Assembly: GCA_045803545.1 (NCBI GenBank)
Contig: JBJMOW010000005.1
Span: 800,001 to 864,000, forward strand
Direction: 5' to 3'
Source: Gemmatimonadaceae bacterium
Lineage (GTDB): Bacteria; Gemmatimonadota; Gemmatimonadetes; Gemmatimonadales; Gemmatimonadaceae
Length of the DNA stretch: 64,000 bases
Notes under the pieces: model-generated
The model's database searches: none
What the model was told of the DNA's origin: nothing
What the model saw: the letters and a program-made list of their open reading frames with translations, nothing else
Made by a program: the position numbers and the translations under genes
Shown here: positions 1 to 10,224 of the stretch, in pieces
Position numbering within the stretch: the stretch's first letter is position 1
Layout of the letters: each line of letters opens with the position of its first letter

Positions 1-2
1 CC

Positions 3-185
3 TCTTTGTTCGCTCCTGGTTATACGATGGCGTCGCTGATCGCGAACGAGTTCAGCGAGGCCACCAACGATCTGCATCTCTCGGCGCTGATGGCGGTCGG
101 AGCGATCCTGTTCGTGATCACGCTGATCGTGAACGCCATTGCGCGCTGGCTGGTCTGGGGTGTCGCGCGCGAGAAGGGTAAATGA
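3..185 (+). CDS. pstC: phosphate ABC transporter permease PstC (3' part only)
   Basis: Frame 3 reads SLFAPGYTMASLIANEFSEATNDLHLSALMAVGAILFVITLIVNAIAR...EKGK*, a typical PstC C-terminus; its stop overlaps the pstA ATG (ATGA at 182-185). Confidence 0.9.
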   Translation, partial: SLFAPGYTMASLIANEFSEATNDLHLSALMAVGAILFVITLIVNAIARWLVWGVAREKGK

Positions 186-1030
186 GAACCGCGCGCAGTC
201 GACATATCGTGAGCGGCGGTATGATCGGTCTCACTTACGTCGCAGCAGCGTTGGCCACGCTCCCGTTGTTACTCATTCTCCTTCACCTCGTAAGAAAGGG
301 CGCTTCTTCGCTGTCGCTCGATTTCTTCACTCGCATGCCGCAGCCGGTGGGAGAAGTTGGGGGCGGCATGGCAAACGCCATTGTTGGCACGCTGGTTTTG
401 ATCGGCATCGCGAGTCTGATTGGACTGCCGGTCGGCATTGGCGCCGGGCTCCATCTCGCCGAGAAGCGAAGCACCAGGCTGGCGCATACAGTGCGTTTCC
501 TCTCGGACGTCCTTAACGGCTTGCCATCGATCGTCGTCGGAATTTTCGCCTGGGAGTTTCTGGTCAAACCAGTCGGACATTTCTCCGCACTGGCTGGGGG
601 CATCGCGCTGGGCACGATGATGATTCCGCTGGTAACACGGACGACTGAAGAAATGCTCAAAGTCGTGCCAAACTCCCTGCGTGAAGCGGCACTCGCGCTC
701 GGATACCAACGATGGCGGACGTCGCTATCGATCGTGCTTCGGACAGCCATGGCCGGCATCGCGACCGGTGCGCTCGTCGCCGTCGCCAGAATCGCCGGTG
801 AAACCGCTCCTCTCCTCTTCACCGCGTTCGGCAACCAGTTCTGGTCATTATCGCCCGGCCAGCCAATCGCCGCGTTGCCGCTGCAGATTTTCACGTACGC
901 GGTCAGTCCGTATGACGAATGGCACCGGCTGGCTTGGGCTGGCGCATTGGTGTTGATCGCAATGGTGCTCGTCATCAGCATCCTCGCGCGCCTGGTAACG
1001 AGGTCACGGTTCGGTGCTCCAGTCGACTGA
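182..1030 (+). CDS. pstA: phosphate ABC transporter permease PstA
   Basis: Hydrophobic protein with EAALALG (EAA loop) and RIAGETAPLLFT motifs; pst operon context. Confidence 0.95.
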   Translation: MRTARSRHIVSGGMIGLTYVAAALATLPLLLILLHLVRKGASSLSLDFFTRMPQPVGEVGGGMANAIVGTLVLIGIASLIGLPVGIGAGLHLAEKRSTRLAHTVRFLSDVLNGLPSIVVGIFAWEFLVKPVGHFSALAGGIALGTMMIPLVTRTTEEMLKVVPNSLREAALALGYQRWRTSLSIVLRTAMAGIATGALVAVARIAGETAPLLFTAFGNQFWSLSPGQPIAALPLQIFTYAVSPYDEWHRLAWAGALVLIAMVLVISILARLVTRSRFGAPVD

Positions 1031-1877
1031 AGTGACTCCCAGCAAGCCGTCCCGCGTTGTCACGCCGACGGTGCAGGTGCGCGCCGTCGCGTCGACGCCG
1101 CTGGTGGACGACGTCAAGCCGTGCATCGAGACCAAAGAGCTGACGGCCCTGTTCAATAGTACCGCCGCGGTGAAGAACGTCACGATGACAGTCCCACAGC
1201 GCGCCGTCACCGCCATCATCGGTCCTTCCGGCTGCGGCAAGTCGACACTTCTTCGTTGTTTCAACCGCATGCACGAGACGGTGCCCGGCGCACGCGTCGA
1301 GGGTTTCGTCACTGTTCTGGGCACGCCGATCTACGGAGACGGGACAAGTCCCATTGCAGTGCGCCGGCACGTCGGCATGGTCTTTCAGCGCCCGACACCG
1401 TTTCCGACGATGTCGATTCGGAACAACGTCGTCGCCGGTCTACGCGTTGATTCACGCCTCCGGGAATCGCGCAAGGACGTCGATGGCATCGTCGAGGAGG
1501 CGCTGCAGCGCGCCGGACTGTGGACCGAAGTGAAGGACCGCTTGCATGAAAGCGCGATGGCACTCTCGGGAGGTCAGCAGCAGCGGCTCTGCATCGCGCG
1601 CGCGCTCGCGACCCGCCCGCGCGTGATTCTGCTTGACGAACCGACTGCGTCGCTCGATCCACTCAGCACCCAGAAAGTGGAGGAGCTCGTTTACGAGCTT
1701 CGCAACACAGTCAGCGTGGTGATCGTGACGCACAACATGCAGCAGGCCGCGCGCGTCTCCGATATGACGGCATTTCTGTTGGCAGGAGAGCTGGTCGAAT
1801 TGACTTCAACCAGAGAACTCTTCACCGCGCCCGCCGACGAGCGCACGGAGGCTTATATCACGGGACGGTTCGGATGA
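1014..1877 (+). CDS. pstB: phosphate ABC transporter ATP-binding protein PstB (copy 1); exact start uncertain
   Basis: [31 protein letters not shown]-terminal YITGRFG. Confidence 0.93.
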   Translation: MLQSTEVTPSKPSRVVTPTVQVRAVASTPLVDDVKPCIETKELTALFNSTAAVKNVTMTVPQRAVTAIIGPSGCGKSTLLRCFNRMHETVPGARVEGFVTVLGTPIYGDGTSPIAVRRHVGMVFQRPTPFPTMSIRNNVVAGLRVDSRLRESRKDVDGIVEEALQRAGLWTEVKDRLHESAMALSGGQQQRLCIARALATRPRVILLDEPTASLDPLSTQKVEELVYELRNTVSVVIVTHNMQQAARVSDMTAFLLAGELVELTSTRELFTAPADERTEAYITGRFG

Positions 1878-2677
1878 CCGTAGTCGCGTCCGGGCCCTCG
1901 AGACCCGTCGCCATTGCGTCCTCGGTCGGCTCGATCGAGGCGAGGAATTTTTCTTTCTGGTACGGAAAGAAGCAGGCACTGCACAACATCTCCCTCGCAG
2001 TTCGTCCGCGCTCGGTGACCGCGCTAATCGGTCCGTCCGGTTGCGGCAAATCCACGTTCTTGCGCTCGATCAACCGCCTCAACGACCTGATTCCGGGAAT
2101 CAGGCACGAAGGAGATCTGACTCTCGATGCCAAGAGCGTGTACGACAAGTCGCTCGACATCGTGGCGCTGCGCCAGAGAGTGGGAATGGTGTTTCAGCGC
2201 TGGAATCCATTTCCGAAGTCGATATACGAGAACGTTGCCTACGGCCCGCGGATCAACGGGATCGCCGACGGACCAGGCCTCGACGAAATCGTCGAACAAT
2301 CGCTTCGTCGCGCCGCAATCTGGGATGAAGTGAAAGATCGGTTGCGCAGCAGCGCACTCGGCTTGTCGGGTGGCCAGCAGCAGCGCGTCTGCATCGCGCG
2401 CGCGCTCGCCAATCAACCCGAGGTGCTGTTGCTGGACGAGCCGGCAAGCGCGCTCGACCCAAGCTCGACCCAACGCATCGAAGAGCTCCTCTACGAGCTC
2501 AAACGGGAGTTGACCATTATCATCGTGACGCACAACCTGCAACAGGCGGCAAGGGCGTCCGACTTTACGGCGTTTTTCTTCACCGGCCAGCTCGTAGAGT
2601 TCGGCCAGACGGAGCAACTGTTCACGAGCCCGCGCGAAGAACGCACCGACGCCTATATCACCGGGAGATTTGGATGA
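1874..2677 (+). CDS. pstB: phosphate ABC transporter ATP-binding protein PstB (copy 2)
   Basis: [38 protein letters not shown]. Confidence 0.95.
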   Translation: MTVVASGPSRPVAIASSVGSIEARNFSFWYGKKQALHNISLAVRPRSVTALIGPSGCGKSTFLRSINRLNDLIPGIRHEGDLTLDAKSVYDKSLDIVALRQRVGMVFQRWNPFPKSIYENVAYGPRINGIADGPGLDEIVEQSLRRAAIWDEVKDRLRSSALGLSGGQQQRVCIARALANQPEVLLLDEPASALDPSSTQRIEELLYELKRELTIIIVTHNLQQAARASDFTAFFFTGQLVEFGQTEQLFTSPREERTDAYITGRFG

Positions 2678-3402
2678 CAGCTGACTCGAGCCCAGCCGGT
2701 TTCCGGCATTTTCACGATCAGCTTTCCTCGCTGAAGGAAAAGCTGCTTCGTATGTCGTCGACTGCTGAGGAGAGAACGGACCTAGCCGTCGAAGCGCTGC
2801 TCAATCGCGACAGAGAGAAAGCAAATCTTGTGATCGAGGGCGACGCGGATCTGAATCGCGCCGAGATGGAGGTCGAGCAGGCAGCGGTGGAACTTCTCGC
2901 TCTCCAGCAGCCAATGGCGCGTGATCTCCGCTTCATCATCGGCGCGATCAAGGTCTCGAACGACCTCGAGCGCGTCGGCGATCACGCCGTCAACATCGCC
3001 GAGAGCGCACTGCGCCTGACGGAAAAACCGACGTCCGCCCTCCGCATCCCCGAGATCGAGGTTATGGCGCGGGGCGCGCGGAAAATGCTCGGAGATTCAC
3101 TGGACGCATTCATTCGGGCCGACGGCGCACTCGGACGACAGGTCTGTAAGGATGACGACGTCGTCGATTCCCTCCACGATTCGGTGTTTCGCGTCCTGTT
3201 GACCCACATGATGGCAGACCCAAAGACCATCACTCCATCGCTGGAGTTACTGCTGGTCGGCCGAAACCTCGAGCGGATCGCCGACCTCGCGACCAACATC
3301 GGTGAGGACGCTGTCTATCTGGCGGAGGGCAAGCAAATCAAGCACCACCGGGAGGACGAGCACGTCATCGCAGACCGGCTGCTGACAATCCCCAGTAACT
3401 GA
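2674..3402 (+). CDS. phoU: phosphate signalling protein PhoU
   Basis: Two PhoU repeats (QQPMARDLR...[28 protein letters not shown]). Confidence 0.95.
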   Translation: MTADSSPAGFRHFHDQLSSLKEKLLRMSSTAEERTDLAVEALLNRDREKANLVIEGDADLNRAEMEVEQAAVELLALQQPMARDLRFIIGAIKVSNDLERVGDHAVNIAESALRLTEKPTSALRIPEIEVMARGARKMLGDSLDAFIRADGALGRQVCKDDDVVDSLHDSVFRVLLTHMMADPKTITPSLELLLVGRNLERIADLATNIGEDAVYLAEGKQIKHHREDEHVIADRLLTIPSN

Positions 3403-4399
3403 TCGCCGCGACGAGTGCCGATGCGGGTATGGTGATCACCCACGCCCACACGATCCGGCGCGCGATTCCCCACCGCACCGCGGAGAAGCGGTAAGTCGCG
3501 CCGGCTCCCATAATGGAGCCGGCGATGGTGTGCGTAGTGCTGACCGGAATCCCGTAGTGAGTCGCAAGGCTGATCGCGATGGCGCCACCGGTCTCGGCGG
3601 CGAATCCGCTGACTGGTCGCAGTCGCGTGATGCGCGATCCCATCGTGTGAACAATTCGCCAGCCGCCGAAAAAGGTCCCCAGCGAGATCGCGGTGTACGC
3701 GCCCATCTTCACCCACAGCGGAATTCCGTCGCCCGAGACGTAGAGGTGGTGGAAGAATCCCGTCTGCGCCGCCATCAGCGGTTTCACCGAGACGAGCAGG
3801 CCGACGATGATGCCCATTGTTTTCTGTGCGTCGTTGCCGCCGTGCGCGTGTGACAGGAATGCTGAGCTAAGTAGCTGAGCGCCGCGAAAGAACCGGTCCA
3901 CGCGGGCCGGCGCCATTGTCTGAAACAGCCAGTAGACCGCAACCATCAGCAGAAAGCCCGCAAGCATTCCGACAAGTGGAGAGATCGCGATGAAGGAGAG
4001 CGTCTGGATCCACTTCTCTCCCCAGGTGATTGCGCTCCATCCAGCTTTCGCGACACCCGCGCCCGCGTAACCGCCGATTAAGGCGTGGGACGAGCTCGAC
4101 GGAATGCCGTAGAACCAGGTGATGAGATTCCATGCGATCGCGCCGATCAGACCCGCCAGAATCAGGTTGGGGGTGACGATATCCGTGCGGATGATGCCTT
4201 TCTGAATCGCCTTGGCGACGAGCTCTCCGGCAGTGAAAGCCGCCGTGAAGTTGAAAAACCCCGCCCAGAGCACGGCTGCGAACGGACTGAGCACGCGGGT
4301 CCCGACGATCGTGGCGATTGAGTTCGCCGAATCGTGGAAGCCGTTGATGAAATCGAATATGAATGCGATCAGGACGATCGCGCTGACGTAGTAGACCAC
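3365..4399 (-). CDS. pit: inorganic phosphate transporter, PiT family
   Basis: GFHDSANSIAT, PSSSSHALIGG, GGNDAQKTMG and PVSTTH signatures. Confidence 0.95.
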   Translation of the reverse strand: MVYYVSAIVLIAFIFDFINGFHDSANSIATIVGTRVLSPFAAVLWAGFFNFTAAFTAGELVAKAIQKGIIRTDIVTPNLILAGLIGAIAWNLITWFYGIPSSSSHALIGGYAGAGVAKAGWSAITWGEKWIQTLSFIAISPLVGMLAGFLLMVAVYWLFQTMAPARVDRFFRGAQLLSSAFLSHAHGGNDAQKTMGIIVGLLVSVKPLMAAQTGFFHHLYVSGDGIPLWVKMGAYTAISLGTFFGGWRIVHTMGSRITRLRPVSGFAAETGGAIAISLATHYGIPVSTTHTIAGSIMGAGATYRFSAVRWGIARRIVWAWVITIPASALVAAISYWGLSAAGLR

Positions 4400-5010
4400 T
4401 AAGCGTTCTTAAGCGCGATGCTCTGTAGGACGTTGCCGACGTCCTCACACTTATCCAGTGCGTCTTCGATCTTGTCGTACAGGTCCTTCCACTTCACGAC
4501 CTCGAGTGCATCGCCACCCTCGGCAAACAGCTTCCCCATCGCCTCGTGATATACGGCGTCGCCTTCCTCTTCCAGCGTCTTGAGCTTTTCGCTGACCGCG
4601 TAGACGTATTTCGCGTCTTTCATTTTGCGAACACCGTCTTCGACGACACATCCAGCCCGGGACAAAACCTCGGCCAGCACTCCGGCAGCGGGGCGCGTTT
4701 TCTGAATTCGAAAGATCTGCGCTCTCCGAGCCGTCCCATCGATCAGGTCGATTACCTCGTCCAGCTCCGAAGCAAGAGCGTGAATGTCCTCGCGGTCGAA
4801 CGGCGTGACGAACGTCCGATCGATGCGATCGATGATGTCATGGGTGATGTTGTCGGCTTCGTGCTCGAGCCCTTTGATCGCGCTGACTTGCGAATCGAGC
4901 TGCCCCGGATTCTGAAAGAGCTCACGAAGCAGGTTCGCAGAGCCTGTGAGTCGCTTCGCCAGCTCAGTGAACAGATCATAGAACTTTTCGTCGCGAGGAA
5001 GGATGCGCAA
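4399..5010 (-). CDS. DUF47 family PiT-accessory (PhoU-like) protein
   Basis: LEHEAD...TFVTPFDREDIHALAS...LEEEGD...DKCEDV; directly upstream of pit. Confidence 0.92.
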   Translation of the reverse strand: MRILPRDEKFYDLFTELAKRLTGSANLLRELFQNPGQLDSQVSAIKGLEHEADNITHDIIDRIDRTFVTPFDREDIHALASELDEVIDLIDGTARRAQIFRIQKTRPAAGVLAEVLSRAGCVVEDGVRKMKDAKYVYAVSEKLKTLEEEGDAVYHEAMGKLFAEGGDALEVVKWKDLYDKIEDALDKCEDVGNVLQSIALKNA

Positions 5011-5083
5011 AGTAGAGCTCCGTGGAGGTGCGGAAAATCTAACTACAACTGAAAACTACCTGCTCGGCGCTTCGCTGTTCTCT

Positions 5084-5818
5084 TCAGGCAATCCCTGTAC
5101 GCCTCACAACCAGATGCCTGTTCTCAAAGAACTTCACCAGCACGACGCCGGTTATGAATCCGCCCACGTGCGCCCAAACGGCGACTCCGCCCGTCAGATC
5201 CGCGCCATTCGTCAGCTCCGGAAGCGCTGCCACCACCTGCCAGAAGAACCACCAGATCAGCACCAGCCACGCCCGAATCGGCACGATGAAGAAAATGAAC
5301 AGCATCCGGACCCGAACGCGCGGATATAGCACTAGATAGGCGCCAAGGACTCCGGAGATCGCGCCAGACGCGCCAACCGTTGGCAGTGGAGAGGCCGGCT
5401 GCGCAATGACGTGCGCCGCCGCCGCAGCCAGGCCACACACGATGTAGAAAACCAGAAAGCGAAAGCTGCCGAGGCTGTCTTCTATGTTGTTACCGAAAAC
5501 CCAGAAGAAGAGACAGTTGCCGAGCAAATGTCCCCAGCCGCCGTGAAGAAACATCGAGATCAACGGCGTCAGCAGATTGATTGGATCGTTGTCGACGACG
5601 CATGCCAGGCCGCGCCCCAGCGGAACCGCTGTTCCGATCGGCGCCATGTGGGTCAGCTCTCCCGGCACCATTCCAAGGTTACAGACGCTCGCTACCAGGG
5701 CCTGTTGATCGAAGCCGGCCCCTTGCACGAAAACCCACACAAGGAGCATTGCCGCCAGCAGCGCGTACGTCATCCAGGGCGTGCGGACTGTGGGCAGCTC
5801 GTCGCTAAGCGGGATCAT
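5084..5818 (-). CDS. rhomboid family intramembrane serine protease
   Basis: SMFLHGGWGHLLGN, GASGAISG (catalytic Ser), AHVGGF (catalytic His). Confidence 0.93.
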   Translation of the reverse strand: MIPLSDELPTVRTPWMTYALLAAMLLVWVFVQGAGFDQQALVASVCNLGMVPGELTHMAPIGTAVPLGRGLACVVDNDPINLLTPLISMFLHGGWGHLLGNCLFFWVFGNNIEDSLGSFRFLVFYIVCGLAAAAAHVIAQPASPLPTVGASGAISGVLGAYLVLYPRVRVRMLFIFFIVPIRAWLVLIWWFFWQVVAALPELTNGADLTGGVAVWAHVGGFITGVVLVKFFENRHLVVRRTGIA

Positions 5819-5998
5819 CTAGAACGATCGTTTCAGGTAGCGGTTGCGAAGTAAGTTAGCCCTTGGCAGTCTCGACATCCGAATCCGAGCGTAGCCAAGA
5901 ATCGCGCAGCCAAGATGGCGCACCGATTATAGAGCGGCAAGTTGGCACCCTGAGCCGCCCTTAAAACTCCGATTATCGGCCGTTATGGCAGGGATTTA

Positions 5999-6014
5999 CG
6001 GCCTCGTGCTTGCC
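5999..6014 (+). promoter_or_regulatory. possible sigma54 -24/-12 promoter of dnaK
   Basis: CGGCCTCGTGCTTGCC = GG-N10-GC with TTGC, about 60 nt before the ATG; the -24 element deviates from TGGCAC. Confidence 0.35.
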
Positions 6015-6075
6015 TATACCGACGGGAATAGAATACCGACATGGAGGCGCCACCGCCTTCCAGGAGAAATCAAGA

Positions 6076-8025
6076 ATGGCTGACAAAGTAATTGGAATCG
6101 ATCTGGGCACCACCAACTCCGTGGTTGCGGTCATGGAAGGCGGCGATCCCGTCGTCATCCCCAACGCGGAAGGTGGTCGCACCACACCGTCTGTCGTAGG
6201 CTTCACCAAAGACGGAGAGCGTCTGGTTGGACAGATCGCCAAAAGGCAGGCAGTAACCAACCCGCAGAACACCGTCTTCTCGATCAAGCGCTTCATGGGC
6301 CGCAAGATCTCGGAAGTGGCCGAAGAGACGAAGCGCGTACCCTACAAGGTCGTCGCGGGCCCGAACGACGTCGCGATGGTCGAAGTCCAGGGCAAGCGGT
6401 ACTCGCCGCCCGAGATCTCCGCGATGATCCTTCAGAAAATGAAGCAGACCGCTGAAGACTACCTCGGCTACAAAGTCGAGAAGGCAGTCATTACGGTCCC
6501 GGCGTACTTCAACGATTCCCAGCGTCAGGCGACCAAAGACGCCGGCAAGATCGCCGGCCTCGACGTGCTCCGCATCATCAATGAGCCGACAGCGGCTGCA
6601 CTCGCTTATGGTCTCGACAAGAAAAAGGACGAGAAGGTCGCCGTGTTCGACCTCGGTGGCGGTACGTACGACATCTCGGTGCTAGAGCTGTACGACGTCG
6701 AAGGCTCACGTCAGTTCGAAGTGAAATCGACCAACGGTGATACACACTTGGGCGGCGACGACTTCGATCAGCGTGTCATCGATTGGCTCGTAAGTGAGTT
6801 CAAGCGAGATCAGGCCATCGATCTGTCCAAGGATCCGATGGCGTTGCAGCGCCTGAAGGAGGCGGGCGAGAAGGCGAAGATGGAATTGTCCACCACCCAG
6901 TCCACGGACATCAATCTGCCTTTCATTACCGCCGACCAGAGCGGACCAAAGCATCTCAACTACACGCTCACCAGAGCGAAATTCGAGCAGCTCGTCGACG
7001 ATCTGATTCAGCGCACCATTCCGCCGATGGAACAGGCGCTCAAGGACGCGGGGATCAAGCCGAATGAGATCGATGAAGTGCTTCTCGTCGGTGGTTCGAC
7101 TCGTATTCCCAAGATCCAGGACATCGTACGCAAGTTCTTCGGGAAGGAGCCGAACAAGGGTGTCAATCCGGACGAAGTGGTCGCGATCGGCGCCGCGGTC
7201 CAGGGTGCAGTGCTCACCGGTGAGCAGAAGGATGTATTGCTGCTCGACGTAACACCGCTCTCGCTAGGTATCGAGACCCTTGGTGGAGTCACCACGGTGC
7301 TCATCCCGCGCAACACTACGATCCCGACTAAGAAGAGCGAGACCTTCTCGACGGCTGACGACAATCAGACGACGGTGGAGATCCACGTTCTCCAGGGGGA
7401 GCGCGAGCTCGCGACATACAACAAGACCATCGGCAAATTCCAGCTTACCGGAATTCCGCCCGCACCACGTGGAATGCCGCAGGTGGAGGTGACCTTCGAC
7501 ATCGACGCCAACGGTATTCTGCACGTGACCGCGAAGGACAAGGCGACCGGCAAGGAGCAGAAGATCCGTATCGAAGCTTCGAGCGGTTTGTCCGACTCCG
7601 AAATCGACCGTATGGTCAAGGACGCGGAAAAAAATGCGGCGGAGGACAAGAAGCAGCGTGAAGCGATCGACGCACGCAATCGCCTCGACTCGATGACCTA
7701 CGAAGTCGAGAAGAATGTCAAGGAATGGGGCGACAAAGTCTCAGCCGACACCAAGTCGAAGATCGACGCCGCAATCGAGCGCGCACGCAAGGCGCTTCGC
7801 GGCGACGATATGAACGAGATTCGCGCAGCGCAGGAAGAGCTCACCAAAGTCTTCAGCGAGGCAGGACAGGCGTTCTACCAGCAGCAGGCGCAGGCAGGTG
7901 CACAGCCCGATGCTGGTGCGACGGCGGGTGCAAATGCAGGCGCGAGCCCGGGCCCCGAAGCCGGGGGCGCCAAGCAGGATGATGTCGTCGAAGCCGATTA
8001 CGAAATCGTAGACGAGAAGAAGTAA
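6076..8025 (+). CDS. dnaK: chaperone DnaK (Hsp70), 649 aa
   Basis: [15 protein letters not shown] start after [32 protein letters not shown]-terminus. Confidence 0.99.
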   Translation: MADKVIGIDLGTTNSVVAVMEGGDPVVIPNAEGGRTTPSVVGFTKDGERLVGQIAKRQAVTNPQNTVFSIKRFMGRKISEVAEETKRVPYKVVAGPNDVAMVEVQGKRYSPPEISAMILQKMKQTAEDYLGYKVEKAVITVPAYFNDSQRQATKDAGKIAGLDVLRIINEPTAAALAYGLDKKKDEKVAVFDLGGGTYDISVLELYDVEGSRQFEVKSTNGDTHLGGDDFDQRVIDWLVSEFKRDQAIDLSKDPMALQRLKEAGEKAKMELSTTQSTDINLPFITADQSGPKHLNYTLTRAKFEQLVDDLIQRTIPPMEQALKDAGIKPNEIDEVLLVGGSTRIPKIQDIVRKFFGKEPNKGVNPDEVVAIGAAVQGAVLTGEQKDVLLLDVTPLSLGIETLGGVTTVLIPRNTTIPTKKSETFSTADDNQTTVEIHVLQGERELATYNKTIGKFQLTGIPPAPRGMPQVEVTFDIDANGILHVTAKDKATGKEQKIRIEASSGLSDSEIDRMVKDAEKNAAEDKKQREAIDARNRLDSMTYEVEKNVKEWGDKVSADTKSKIDAAIERARKALRGDDMNEIRAAQEELTKVFSEAGQAFYQQQAQAGAQPDAGATAGANAGASPGPEAGGAKQDDVVEADYEIVDEKK

Positions 8026-8055
8026 GACTTTGCGGCGGCCGGTTCGCGCACCGTC

Positions 8056-8100
8056 AAACAAAAGGCCCGACTGGTTTCCCAGTCGGGCCTTTTGTTTTTT
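8056..8100. terminator. bidirectional intrinsic terminator
   Basis: Perfect inverted repeat AAACAAAAGGCCCGACTGG-tttc-CCAGTCGGGCCTTTTGTTT with U-tracts on both strands, between convergent genes. Confidence 0.92.
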
Positions 8101-8106
8101 GGGCGT

Positions 8107-8412
8107 TCACGAGCCGGTCGAATCCGGCAGAATCTGGACGGTATCAGCAGGAAAGGCGTCCAGCGGATCGGGGCTGGAGTTGGGAATTCCCTCGACCTTC
8201 TCGCCTGGGCCGCTGTCGTCGCAGTCTTCCTCGCAGGTGACAACGCCGGAAATCAGGATGTATCGGCCGAAGGCGGCACCCGTGGGGGCGGTCAAACTGG
8301 CTTTCTTTTGAAGCGGACTGGTGGGGCCGGAGGGACCGGTGGAATCGCTGCAAGCGACGCTGCCACCGACGGCAAGAAGAGCAAAGCCCCAAAGCCAATG
8401 ACGACCTGACAT
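8107..8412 (-). CDS. small lipoprotein, candidate signal-peptide precursor 1 (101 aa, motif AAFGRYILISG-x3-CEEDC)
   Basis: GAGGG SD 8 nt before ATG; signal peptide with lipobox SVAC; motif shared with 14186-14416; preceded by a sigma54 promoter. Confidence 0.8.
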   Translation of the reverse strand: MSGRHWLWGFALLAVGGSVACSDSTGPSGPTSPLQKKASLTAPTGAAFGRYILISGVVTCEEDCDDSGPGEKVEGIPNSSPDPLDAFPADTVQILPDSTGS

Positions 8413-8472
8413 CAACGGATCCCTCGACGATAGAAGATCGGTGGAACACCTTAGATCTAACGACCCGGCCTA

Positions 8473-8520
8473 AGCATACCATGTGCCCCGAAGCAAGTCG
8501 TTTCGCCGTCGATACTTAGT
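8473..8520 (-). promoter_or_regulatory. sigma54 promoter P1 with upstream AA-N19-TTAG element
   Basis: Minus strand GGGCACATGGTATGCT (8488-8473), GG-N10-GC; plus-strand TTAG at 8516 sits at the same offset as in P2 and P3. Confidence 0.8.
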
Positions 8521-8613
8521 TTTTTGACGAGTCGTGCATTGCGTGTCTTCTGCAACAGTTCTGTCGCGCGGGAATTCGAAAAGCGGTCATGTCGCGAGCA
8601 AACAGCCGTCTCG

Positions 8614-10224
8614 CTAACCAGTGACCGTCCACTCGGCGAGATCCACCCACCACGCGTTTGGCCTGATTCCGATCGGATGAATCCGTTTGGATGCACCCTG
8701 GACGTTTCTCAACTCATAGATCCACATCGCAGGTGCGTCATCGGTGAGTATCCGATACGCCCGACGATACAACTCGGTGCTACGCGTCGGGTTCATCTCT
8801 CTGACTGCGCTGTCGATAAGGGCGTCGAACGCCGGATTGCTATAGGAGGTCGCGTTGTACCCGCCCTTCTTGATCTCAGAGCTCGCCCACTCCTCCCGCA
8901 CTGAAGATGGTGTCGGATCGATATGCCAGGCATTGAGCAGCACCTCGAATTTCCTGTTTTCCATATTGGCGCCGAAGGTGTTCAGCTCGAGCTCGTCGAT
9001 GCGAACTTCGGCGCCCGCCTTCCGCCACTGCTCCTGAAGCAAGACTGCGATTCGCTTACGAATGGTGCTCGAGCTTGGTACGCTCAAGCTGAATGAAAGC
9101 GGGATCGACCCGCGGGCGCGCATGCCGTTGGCGCCACGCTTCCAACCCAGGGAGTCAAGCGTGCGCGCCGCTCCGTCCGGATCATAGCGAAGCCCGAGGG
9201 TTGTATCGCTCGTGGCAAGAATTCGAGTCGCTGGACCATAGGCAACGAGGCCGAGCGTGTCGAATACGTTTTTCACGATCGACGCGCGATCGATTGCTCT
9301 CACCAAGGCGCGTCGGGTCTCTCGGTCGCCGAACACCGGGTGCGGTCCAGTATTCCGCGCATCGCGGAGGTTGAAAGCGGCGTACCCGTAGTCGAGGCTT
9401 CCGGCGGAGACGATCACGTCTTTGCCCTTCGACTTCACTTCCGCGACCCGTTCGGGCTTCACCACGTCGAGGAAGTCGGCGGTGCCGTCCAGAAATCTGA
9501 GCTCGGCGGTCGGATAATCCGCGGCGATCACCCAGATCACCCTGTCGGCATTCGGTCGACCCCGATAGTTGGTGGTGTCGGCCTGCAGCACGATTCGCGC
9601 GCTACGGTCCCACGACCCGAACTTGAAGCGGCCACTACCAACTGGCGCCCGGGCGAAATCGCTTTCCGCGAGCTTGGCCGCTTGTGTCTTCTCGAGCAAA
9701 TGTTGAGGCAGGATGACAACGGGTGTCGCCGCCTTGAAGAACTGATCGGGCGCACGTCTGTGAAACCATACGACTGCCGTCAGTGAATCGGGCACTGTCA
9801 CCGAATCAACATCGTCGAGATTCCCCGACAGCGGCGAAGCCAGTGAAGTGTCCTTCACCAGGCCGAAGGTGTAGCGCACGTCGTACGCGCTGACCGCCAC
9901 CCCGTCGTGCCAGCGTGCGCTGGGATTTATGTGAAATGATATCCAGGTCGAGTCGGGACTCCACCGCCAGCGATCGGCGAGTCGAGGAGTGAAGCCGGCG
10001 TCGCCGACGGTGTTCAAGGTCGGGCCCACATCAGCAAGGTTATCGAAAACCTGATCTACGACTTGCTTGCCCTGCAGCGTCAGTGTGAGGGGCGGCAACA
10101 GAACGTCAGCGTCTGCAGCGGTCGAGATGACGATCGTTCCACCTACACGCCTCTCCGTCGAGCACGCCGCGAGAACCGACATCAACGCGAGCGTGATCGA
10201 GAAAATGGGAGCTATTCTCTTCAA
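8614..10224 (-). CDS. peptide ABC transporter substrate-binding lipoprotein (SBP family 5, OppA/DppA-like), 536 aa
   Basis: Lipobox LAAC; ARWHDG, PVGSGRFK, ETRRAL, YSNPAFDAL family-5 SBP motifs; TTG start overlaps the upstream stop (TTGA) with AGGA SD. Confidence 0.9.
   Translation of the reverse strand: MKRIAPIFSITLALMSVLAACSTERRVGGTIVISTAADADVLLPPLTLTLQGKQVVDQVFDNLADVGPTLNTVGDAGFTPRLADRWRWSPDSTWISFHINPSARWHDGVAVSAYDVRYTFGLVKDTSLASPLSGNLDDVDSVTVPDSLTAVVWFHRRAPDQFFKAATPVVILPQHLLEKTQAAKLAESDFARAPVGSGRFKFGSWDRSARIVLQADTTNYRGRPNADRVIWVIAADYPTAELRFLDGTADFLDVVKPERVAEVKSKGKDVIVSAGSLDYGYAAFNLRDARNTGPHPVFGDRETRRALVRAIDRASIVKNVFDTLGLVAYGPATRILATSDTTLGLRYDPDGAARTLDSLGWKRGANGMRARGSIPLSFSLSVPSSSTIRKRIAVLLQEQWRKAGAEVRIDELELNTFGANMENRKFEVLLNAWHIDPTPSSVREEWASSEIKKGGYNATSYSNPAFDALIDSAVREMNPTRSTELYRRAYRILTDDAPAMWIYELRNVQGASKRIHPIGIRPNAWWVDLAEWTVTG

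Noticed and set aside
5863..5889. CIRCE-like element upstream of dnaK (TTGGCAGTC-N9-GAATCCGAG)
   Set aside because: Only the left arm resembles TTAGCACTC; the right arm does not match GAGTGCTAA.
5973..8061. Several ORFs antisense to dnaK
   Set aside because: Well-known antisense open frames opposite hsp70 genes; no independent support.
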